DNA of 64,000 nucleotides from a virus (Duplodnaviria; Caudoviricetes): IMG/VR virus record IMGVR_UViG_3300021431_004525; one strand, 5' to 3'. Shown piece by piece: positions 19,497 to 27,016 of this stretch (position 1 is its first letter; each line of letters starts with the position of its first letter). The notes under the pieces were generated by a model. It saw only the letters and a program-made list of their open reading frames with translations, ran no database searches and was not told where the DNA came from. The position numbers and the translations under genes were made by a program.

Positions 19497-19844
19497 ATGG
19501 TCAGAACAGAATATCAGATAAAATTGAAAAGCGGCTTATATGTCGGCTTAGTAAATTTCGGCAGAACCTATAAGGCTTGCAAGAAGGCTTGCCGTTTGAG
19601 TGGAATCACGGAAGATACCGCAAAGCGTCTCGCAATGGATTGGGATGGCGAATTAACAGAGTTTACGCTTCTCCCGTGTGTGATGTCCAACTATGGCGAA
19701 GGATGGGACGTGGAATGTTTTTGCGCCACGAAAGAGGAGGCAAAGGCAGACCTTCAATCCTACCGTGAGAATTGCCGTGATGCGGCATTCCAAATAAAGT
19801 GGAAATGGAGTGAAAGATACATCAGCCTCAAGGAGGTTGCATAG
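19497..19844 (+). CDS. early hypothetical protein ending -EVA
   Basis: promoter 19432; NYGEGWDVE..TKEEAKADLQSYREN motif. Confidence 0.8.
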   Translation: MVRTEYQIKLKSGLYVGLVNFGRTYKACKKACRLSGITEDTAKRLAMDWDGELTEFTLLPCVMSNYGEGWDVECFCATKEEAKADLQSYRENCRDAAFQIKWKWSERYISLKEVA

Positions 19845-20020
19845 AGATACGCGAAGGGGTGGCTACCCTTCTATTAGGAAAAGTAACAGAGCCTAACGTA
19901 GAAGCAAGACCAAAGTGTTTACCCTCAAAACATTTTTTAACAATTCATTTAAGTTTCTTTAGCACGAAAAAGTTGCATAATTCAGATTTTATTCGTACCT
20001 TTGTAGTACAAAAATAAAGA

Positions 20021-20055
20021 GGTAGGAGTGAAATCCTAAAGTATGGTCTCCGACA
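20021..20055 (+). ncRNA. 35-nt hairpin sRNA motif, copy 4
   Basis: GG TAGGA GTGAAA TCCTA AAGTATGGTCTCCGACA; own promoter 19972-20005. Confidence 0.75.
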
Positions 20056-20201
20056 CGAGCCAATTAAAATTGTTAATATTCCTTAATTTTTAACATTCTT
20101 TAACAAAAATAACTGGGCAAAAATTTGTATATTCCAAAAAATTGTCGTACCTTTGCACTATCAAAAATGAATTAGTAATAACCCTTTAATATTAATAAGG
20201 T

Positions 20202-20363
20202 ATGGTAGCAATAAATAAAAATCATCTGAAAATTGGACGTTACACAATCCAACATGATTGGAATGAAGGTTTTGTTGTCCTTGATGAAGAAGGTCAGCAG
20301 TACGGAAGTGGCTACGACCATGTATGTGATGCAATCGAACAAGTTTTGATGTATAACGACTGA
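20202..20363 (+). CDS. small hypothetical protein (53 aa)
   Basis: MVAINKNHLKIGRYTIQHDW...; promoter 20124. Confidence 0.65.
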   Translation: MVAINKNHLKIGRYTIQHDWNEGFVVLDEEGQQYGSGYDHVCDAIEQVLMYND

Positions 20364-20504
20364 GAATTGTTAAAGGAGGTTAAAACCAGTGTTAAAAACT
20401 GTAAATCCCTTGGTTATTCCAAAAAATATTCGTAACTTTGCATCGTCAAAATAAGACAAGTAATTCACATTAAGTTTAATTCTAAAAAATAGGAGATTTA
20501 AGTT

Positions 20505-21044
20505 ATGGCAAAAAATTCAGTTGAAACCGCAATTCGTAACGCTGCAAGCAGCAAGGTGGCAGGCAAGTTCAATCTTCCGCAGTACAAGAAAGAAGGTACA
20601 AAGCATTATGACGAGCGACAGAAGGCACTTCTGCACAAGCGTATCTGTGAGGAAATCGTAGCCTTTGCAGACAGCCACAAGGACATCCCATTCTATTTCA
20701 TCCTTCAAGTAGGTGTCTCTAAGGGTGCTTTCAAAATGTCGGAGTTTGAGAAGGGTTACAAGCAGTTCAAGGCTTGCAAGGTGGAGCAAGTTCACATGAT
20801 GGGCATGGAGTACAACAAGTACAACGGACTTGAGGGAAAGAAGATGTCAGACGTGACCATCCGTTTGGTGATGCGTTACTACGAGAAAGTTAGCAGTGAT
20901 TTCGTGACGTTCATCAACGACCTCAACAAGTCCGAGAAATTGGGCAAGCAGTGTGGGGCACGCGGCAATTACGAAGCACTCTGCAAGAACCTTAATATCC
21001 CCGTCAAGGAGACCGAGGACAAGCCAATGGCAGATGCAGCCTAA
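20505..21044 (+). CDS. early hypothetical protein ending -DAA
   Basis: promoter 20409, AGGAG 9 nt upstream, strong codon bias. Confidence 0.85.
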   Translation: MAKNSVETAIRNAASSKVAGKFNLPQYKKEGTKHYDERQKALLHKRICEEIVAFADSHKDIPFYFILQVGVSKGAFKMSEFEKGYKQFKACKVEQVHMMGMEYNKYNGLEGKKMSDVTIRLVMRYYEKVSSDFVTFINDLNKSEKLGKQCGARGNYEALCKNLNIPVKETEDKPMADAA

Positions 21045-21045
21045 A

Positions 21046-21061
21046 TGTTCCACGTGGAACA
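21046..21061. promoter_or_regulatory. parS-like site 1
   Basis: TGTTCCACGTGGAACA perfect palindrome, matches the bacterial chromosomal parS consensus. Confidence 0.8.
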
Positions 21062-21178
21062 TCAACCAAAGGGGAAGGGTATAACGCTCTTCCCTTAATT
21101 TTTTTAACTATGTTAAAAGTGTTAATTTGCTTGCGTAATTCAATTATTTTTTGTACCTTTGCAGTAGAAAAATTAAAA

Positions 21179-21213
21179 GGTAGGGGTGAAACTCTAAAGT
21201 ATAGTCTCCAATA
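21179..21213 (+). ncRNA. 35-nt hairpin sRNA motif, copy 5
   Basis: GG TAGGG GTGAAA CTCTA AAGTATAGTCTCCAATA; own promoter 21130-21163. Confidence 0.75.
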
Positions 21214-21403
21214 CACCCCATTATATAAATGTGAATTTTATTTAATATTATATGAATGTTATATAATTTTAACATTTTCGTACTATACTATCAGAAATGT
21301 TAATTTAATGTTAAACATACGAATTTCCTTGGTTATTTGAAAAAATTGTATTACCTTTGCATCACAATTAAAAAACAAGTTAAACATTCAAATATTAAAT
21401 AAT

Positions 21404-21661
21404 ATGTTCGGAAAAGGTTCTAAATATAGTTTCAATGGTGACGGCAATTTAGATTGTCAGTTTCTCACCTCCACCTTTGAGGATGGATATCCATATTCTG
21501 TAGGTGTCGTGAATCATACCAAAAAAACGGTTAACCCTGTTCATGGCTACCACTACCCAAACAGATGCGCAAAAGGTCTTATGAACTATGCGCTTAAATT
21601 AGGCTACACCTATGAGGACAGCGAAATGCCAAACAAATTGAATAAAACAATTAAAAACTAA
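21404..21661 (+). CDS. hypothetical protein
   Basis: promoter 21328. Confidence 0.7.
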   Translation: MFGKGSKYSFNGDGNLDCQFLTSTFEDGYPYSVGVVNHTKKTVNPVHGYHYPNRCAKGLMNYALKLGYTYEDSEMPNKLNKTIKN

Positions 21662-21666
21662 ATGAT

Positions 21667-21789
21667 ATGATATACTTTGTAAATGGTAAGGCTAAATTTG
21701 CCTTCGGTGACAAGTCAATGAACGACCATGCAAGACAAGTCATGGATAATCTGAAATGTAAAGAAACCGGAAAAAGATTTGCTGCTTAA
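21667..21789 (+). CDS. small protein (40 aa) ending -RFAA
   Basis: MIYFVNGKAKFAFGDKSMNDHARQVMDNLKCKETGKRFAA. Confidence 0.6.
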   Translation: MIYFVNGKAKFAFGDKSMNDHARQVMDNLKCKETGKRFAA

Positions 21790-21882
21790 CATTCTTTAGC
21801 ACGGAATATTTGCATATATCAGATTTTATGACTATCTTTGCACCATCAAATTTAAGTTTAACGTTTTAATTCATTTAAAGTT

Positions 21883-22407
21883 ATGGCATACGATATTAAC
21901 AACATCATGGCAAAGGAAAACGCAATGCGCGACCCTAAGAACGTAACAGAATGGAAACAGCAACGAGAAATGTTACGCGACTATCTGATACCCATCAGCA
22001 CTGCTGAAAACGTCTCTGTGGGCGAAATATACGGCTTCTGCCCCTATATCATTTATGTAAGGATGGACGCACTGAAGCGAGAGGATTGGCCGAATAACAT
22101 CGCCGAAAATTCCATCTATATCGACTTTAAAATAGACCTTTTTAACAAAAAGGTGGAAGTACATCAAAATGGGCATATTTGGCTTTCACCATACGACAAA
22201 ACAACACCAAAGTACAAGTATCTCGCCATGAAGTCAATGCAAGACGTATTGGTCGACAATGGTGGCAAGAAGTTCCGCAAACAGGGCTATAAGGACATTA
22301 AAGACCTTGCCAACAAAATGCAGAAGTATTACGCACAAGTCATGGAAGCCGTCAATGACTACACCGATGGCTATCCATACAAACAAGGAACAAAACAAGC
22401 GGCATAA
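21883..22407 (+). CDS. early hypothetical protein ending -KQAA
   Basis: promoter 21809. Confidence 0.85.
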   Translation: MAYDINNIMAKENAMRDPKNVTEWKQQREMLRDYLIPISTAENVSVGEIYGFCPYIIYVRMDALKREDWPNNIAENSIYIDFKIDLFNKKVEVHQNGHIWLSPYDKTTPKYKYLAMKSMQDVLVDNGGKKFRKQGYKDIKDLANKMQKYYAQVMEAVNDYTDGYPYKQGTKQAA

Positions 22408-22518
22408 ACAGATTTTTTAAATTAATACTATGTTGTTAGTCCGTTCAGTCCGAGAGGATAGGACGGATTTTATTTTACTTACATTTTGAAACATAAATTA
22501 ACATATTATCAATGGATG

Positions 22519-22553
22519 GGTCGGAGATTATACTCTAAGGTGTCACCCTTACC
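22519..22553 (-). ncRNA. 35-nt hairpin sRNA motif, copy 6 (within a longer non-coding transcript)
   Basis: GG TAAGG GTGACA CCTTA GAGTATAATCTCCGACC; enclosed by ATGGATG/CATCCAT. Confidence 0.7.
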
Positions 22554-22595
22554 AATCATCCATCGTTGGTTTTACAACTCCGAAACTCGTTTGTG

Positions 22596-22738
22596 TGACT
22601 CATTGGGGAATCGAACCCCAAAGGTGAACATTTTTGCCGACAGCACCATCTGTTTCCGACTACTCATGCGCTGACACCATACTTTATCATAGGATTGGTA
22701 GTCCTAAAAGCCTCCAAGCCAGCCTTATCGTTTGAGCC
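22596..22738 (-). ncRNA. tRNA-like RNA (acceptor + T arm, large insert)
   Basis: TTGGGG-TTCGATT-CCCCAA followed by TGAGTC-A pairing with 5' GGCTCA; promoter 22778. Confidence 0.55.
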
Positions 22739-22971
22739 TTTGTTATTTGAAAGAACGCCTTTTATTTCTTTTGACGATGCAAAGGTACAAAATAATCTTG
22801 AATTTCTATGTTAATTGACTGTTAAAAATTCGTTAAAAAACGTTCAATTGTTAAATAAACTAAATCCACTAAAAATAAATTCATTTTTTCTTGCATATAT
22901 CAGTTTTTTTCCGTACCTTTGCATCGTGAAATTAAAACAAATAGTAATAACTCTTTAATACATTATTTATT

Positions 22972-24075
22972 ATGACACAGATTTTGAATATCAACGGACA
23001 GAGTAACGTGAGCGTTAATCCTAACACAGAGACGGGCGCACAGCGTGTAGCATGGCAGCAGTTCGGTACAATCTGCGAGAAGGGTGCAACCATCCACGAC
23101 GTTATGGCAGACGTAACAAGTGAAAACCGCATTAACTATGAGGTTGGCGAAATGCCACTGATGCGTGTACCTTCTGAAATGGTTGAGGCTATCCGCAAAG
23201 GTGAGGCTTTCGATTGGAATCCGTCAGTGTCCGACATCATCAGCACCCATAAGGCTACGCTGCGCACTGACAATAACGACACACTTGGTATCGTAGGTAA
23301 GGGCTACGGAATCGTGCAGAACAGCAAGGCTTTCGACTTCATGGACTTCATTAAGGAGGCAAGCGGTAGTGAACCCGTTATCGAATCCTATGGCGCACTT
23401 GGCTATGGCGAACGTATGTTCATCACTGCCACACTTGGTGAGGATTCGTATCTTAACCCTAACGACGCAATCAAGAACTATGTGGTGTTCACTAACTCAC
23501 ATGATGGCAGTGGCGGTGTCATGGCTTTCTTCACCCCGATTCGTGTGATTTGTCAGAACACGCTGAACATGGCTATTAAGGGCTGCGCCAACAAAGTGGT
23601 GTTCAAGCACACTTCTAAGGTCGACGAGCGTCTTGATTGGACTATCGAGCGCAACCGCAAAATTGCTGCTGAACTTTTCAGCAAGTCAGTGAAATTTAGC
23701 GACAAGTTCATGGAGCGTATGCTTGGACTCAAGGAGGAGACCATCACTGCTGAATATGCACGAGACTTCGTAGGCAAGTTGTGTCTGACTGCTCCCGCCT
23801 TTGAACTTTGGAAGAAGGCTGACTTCAAGGCTGACCACGTTGAGGAAATCAGCACACGGACAAAGAACATTATGGCAGCCCTGACGGACAGCATCGAGAA
23901 TGGAGTAGGACAGGAGTACAATCGTGGCACAAAGGTGTGGCTGCTGAATGGTGTGACTACCTACCTTCAGAATGAGAAAAATTGGAAATCTCAGGAAGAC
24001 AAGTTCAACGCTATGATGTTCGGTAGCGCACAGAAGAAGGTCGAGGATGCTTACCAACTGCTGATGGCTGCGTAA
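22972..24075 (+). CDS. DUF932 / TIGR03299-family phage-plasmid protein, ending -LMAA
   Basis: LGIVGKGYGIVQN, NSHDGSG, TPIRVICQNTL, GTKVWLLNGVTTY motifs. Confidence 0.85.
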   Translation: MTQILNINGQSNVSVNPNTETGAQRVAWQQFGTICEKGATIHDVMADVTSENRINYEVGEMPLMRVPSEMVEAIRKGEAFDWNPSVSDIISTHKATLRTDNNDTLGIVGKGYGIVQNSKAFDFMDFIKEASGSEPVIESYGALGYGERMFITATLGEDSYLNPNDAIKNYVVFTNSHDGSGGVMAFFTPIRVICQNTLNMAIKGCANKVVFKHTSKVDERLDWTIERNRKIAAELFSKSVKFSDKFMERMLGLKEETITAEYARDFVGKLCLTAPAFELWKKADFKADHVEEISTRTKNIMAALTDSIENGVGQEYNRGTKVWLLNGVTTYLQNEKNWKSQEDKFNAMMFGSAQKKVEDAYQLLMAA

Positions 24076-24091
24076 GGTTTCACGTGGAACA
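24076..24091. promoter_or_regulatory. parS-like site 2
   Basis: GGTTTCACGTGGAACA directly after stop codon. Confidence 0.75.
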
Positions 24092-24096
24092 TACAC

Positions 24097-24310
24097 GGAG
24101 GGGGATGTGGTAGGGCTACTGCACCCCCTCCCTATGTACCCCCTACCTACGTATCCACCCTCTCAGCCACCCCCTATGTTTCCGGCTGACGGTAGCACAC
24201 GGTTTGCTCTGCAAATCTTTGAAAAAATTCTGGAAAAAAATTAAGGGGGTGGGGGTTATTCTATTAAAGGTTATTTCAAAAAAAATTCCAGAAAAATTTT
24301 TGAAAATCTA
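24097..24310. other. C-rich/G-rich and A-tract inverted-repeat boundary region
   Basis: GAGGGGG..CCCCCTC hairpin, repeated CCCCCT, TTCTGGAA/TTCCAGAA flanked by A-tracts. Confidence 0.5.
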
Positions 24311-24439
24311 AAATATGACATATATTAAACAAATGTACTAAATATGTAAATTTAAGTTTCTTTAACTAAAAAGATTTGGCTATTTTGGCAAAAATGAGTA
24401 ATTTTGCATTTGAAATTATTTTAAAATGAAAAAATACTT

Positions 24440-26182
24440 ATGGAAGTACAACAACAGAAAAAAATCACAGAAATTTTCAACACAATTGGTTGGAAACGTC
24501 AAAATGCTGAACGTTTAGTAATTGAAGAAAATGAACAGCGCGGTTATGAATGGGGGACTCAGCAGTTCAAAGAATTGATGGAAGACATTGAAGAACAAAT
24601 AGCGTCTAAATCCCCTAAAGAAATATATTTATCAACATTTCTTAGTCACCAAGAAGCAAATTCTCCATTTACTAAGATATTTGATGGTAATCAACGTTTA
24701 ACTACAATTTTAATACTATTAATTGCTCTTCGTGATTATATCAAGCACAATTTTGAAGAGAACTTATATTATAATGACATTATTCGTAGAATTGAAGAAT
24801 GTATTTTTAATTCTAACAATGAATGTATTATGATTTTGCAAAACGAAGATAACAATTGTCTTACTGATATTCTCAATAACAGTGATTCTGTGTTCAAGAG
24901 TGTATATATGTTTAAAAACAATCTTGTTAACAAAATGTATCGTAACTGTTATAATTACATACACATGCGCACAGAACAATGTCCTGATTATCCGTTTTTA
25001 CTTTTTACAAAAGGCATTGAAAATGTAGTAATGGCAGAAGAACGTGCAACAACAAAAAATGAGGCAAGGCGTTTGTTTGGTAGAAAGAACGCTTCTGGTA
25101 TTAATGTAGCAAAAGGAAATGTAATTTCCTCTTTTATTTGTGGTTTAATTGATTTATATACTGACAGTCGTGATGAGTTCATTCACGTCAAGACTAAATT
25201 TGATGGTGCAATGTCTCGTATTCCGTCAAAAGAGTACACTGACTTTTACCGTCTTTTTCTTTATTATTTAAAAGACACATATTTAACTCCGTCTCAAACA
25301 CAAAAGGAAATTGAAAAAATCACTAAATCGGCATTAAAGGGTACTGAAAAGAATGACCATTTTAGTAACATTTCTGAATTGATTGACTGTATTGACCGTT
25401 TCAGTAAATTTATGTCTGAAGTTAGTCATAAGCGTTTAAGTGAGTTTGCACCTTCGCATAAGATTAATCGTCTGCTTTCATTAACACCAGATGAAATAAC
25501 AATTACGATTACGATGATAGATTTATTTACTGACAAATATTCTAATTACAACATTGATAATGAAGATAAATATCAAATATTAAATGGTGTAATGAAAATT
25601 ATCGTAAGAAGAATGTTCGCGCCAAATTCTACTAACCATTCGGAAAAGACTATGCTTAATGTAATGGGAAACATCCTAACTTTGAAGGGGTGTAATGAAC
25701 ATTTATATCAGACGTTTAAACGTTACATGTCTGGCGAAACAAACAAGGCACTATGTTATGGCTATTTGACTGAAAGTGACCTTATAGAAAGAGTATCTAA
25801 AATTCCGGTTTATAGGCGTTTAGGTTCTAGGATGCAAGTGTTAAAATACTTATTCCATAACTTAAACAAATATGTTAATAGTGGTATCGAACAATATGTC
25901 TACACTGACTTTAATGATATGACTATAGAACACATTAAATCACAAAATGAATTTTCATCGAAAGACCTTTTACAACACACAATTGGTAATCTTACACCAC
26001 TTACACGAAATAATAACTCACGCTGTAAAAATCGTCCATTCAATGATAAAAAGGCTGTATACCTTAATAGCGGAATAAAATTAACAGAAAGTGTCGGCTC
26101 AAAGGCATATTTCAATAATGAAGAAATTGTTAATAGGAGTAATGAACTTGCCCCATTAATTATGGAAATTACAAGATTATAA
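24440..26182 (+). CDS. GmrSD-like protein (DUF262 + DUF1524 HNH)
   Basis: QRGYEW, IFDGNQRLTT; C-terminal TIEHI..Q, IGNLTPL...N..N.PF..KK. Confidence 0.85.
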   Translation: MEVQQQKKITEIFNTIGWKRQNAERLVIEENEQRGYEWGTQQFKELMEDIEEQIASKSPKEIYLSTFLSHQEANSPFTKIFDGNQRLTTILILLIALRDYIKHNFEENLYYNDIIRRIEECIFNSNNECIMILQNEDNNCLTDILNNSDSVFKSVYMFKNNLVNKMYRNCYNYIHMRTEQCPDYPFLLFTKGIENVVMAEERATTKNEARRLFGRKNASGINVAKGNVISSFICGLIDLYTDSRDEFIHVKTKFDGAMSRIPSKEYTDFYRLFLYYLKDTYLTPSQTQKEIEKITKSALKGTEKNDHFSNISELIDCIDRFSKFMSEVSHKRLSEFAPSHKINRLLSLTPDEITITITMIDLFTDKYSNYNIDNEDKYQILNGVMKIIVRRMFAPNSTNHSEKTMLNVMGNILTLKGCNEHLYQTFKRYMSGETNKALCYGYLTESDLIERVSKIPVYRRLGSRMQVLKYLFHNLNKYVNSGIEQYVYTDFNDMTIEHIKSQNEFSSKDLLQHTIGNLTPLTRNNNSRCKNRPFNDKKAVYLNSGIKLTESVGSKAYFNNEEIVNRSNELAPLIMEITRL

Positions 26183-26200
26183 TAATATGAATACAATATA

Positions 26201-27016
26201 ATGAATAAAATAGAACCTATTGATTTTAATGATATAAAAGATAAATTATTTGAGAGTGGGGATTATTTACCATTTAATATAAATGAGTGTTCTGATAAAC
26301 CGGTAAACAATTTTCTTATTTCTGAGACATTGATGTTCGACAATCCAATGTCAATAGGTCTTTTAGATGAAGATGATATGTTATGGGAGGGTTTAATAAG
26401 GACATATCCTATTGAAACATTGAAAAAATATGTTTGTCGGGCATTGCAATTTAACGAGAAGCAATTTCAAATAAAAGAGAAAAACGGTCAGAAGTGTGCT
26501 TCAATATATTATCGTTATGACGAAGAAACAAAAAAATGGATAATAAAAGCCATGAATCTTGGCGGATATTATATGTCACAGGAAATAATTGGTAAAGGCG
26601 CAAATGAAGGTTTAAGAGAAATGAGATTTGAACCTAAATTTGAGGATGATATATACACACAAGTTATGGAAAGTTGCAAAGTTCTGTATCACGTTACCGA
26701 AAAGAAAAATATCAATCGTATACGTCACATAGGAATTTGTTCACGTTCAAATTGTTCAATTTTTGATTATCCTGCCAGAATTTATTTACTAAAAGATAGT
26801 GTTGATAAACAATTTATTATATCTTTAGCAAAATCGTTGTCAGTTTCAAAATACGGTAAAAATGGACATATAGATTATTCGCTTATTACAATTAATCCGA
26901 GACTGTTGCCCAAAGATACAAGATTTTACGAAGATGTTAATTTACCACAAGGAATTTTTATGTATGGAAATATATCACCAAAATGTATAATAGATATTAA
27001 AGATTTAGACATATGA
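26201..27016 (+). CDS. protein with C-terminal ADP-ribosyltransferase-like (H-x-T) domain
   Basis: LYHVT..NI..I..IGI, RIYL, NISPKCI. Confidence 0.55.
   Translation: MNKIEPIDFNDIKDKLFESGDYLPFNINECSDKPVNNFLISETLMFDNPMSIGLLDEDDMLWEGLIRTYPIETLKKYVCRALQFNEKQFQIKEKNGQKCASIYYRYDEETKKWIIKAMNLGGYYMSQEIIGKGANEGLREMRFEPKFEDDIYTQVMESCKVLYHVTEKKNINRIRHIGICSRSNCSIFDYPARIYLLKDSVDKQFIISLAKSLSVSKYGKNGHIDYSLITINPRLLPKDTRFYEDVNLPQGIFMYGNISPKCIIDIKDLDI

Larger units (their letters stand above)
97..24408. promoter_or_regulatory. Array of ~29 host-type (Bacteroidota primary sigma) early promoters
   Basis: TTTG/TTGC-N~20-TAnnTTTGCA. Minus strand at about 97, 3091, 4589, 6400, 7455, 8897, 10556, 11237, 12249, 12570, 12722, 13704, 14311, 15544, 16867, 18261, 18930, 22778. 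Plus strand at about 18370, 19049, 19432, 19972, 20124, 20409, 21130, 21328, 21809, 22890, 24375. Each ~34 bp. Confidence 0.9.

Noticed and set aside
11175-22553. CRISPR array from the 35-nt repeats
   Set aside because: Copies are kb apart, on both strands, vary in the stem and have no spacers; no cas genes.
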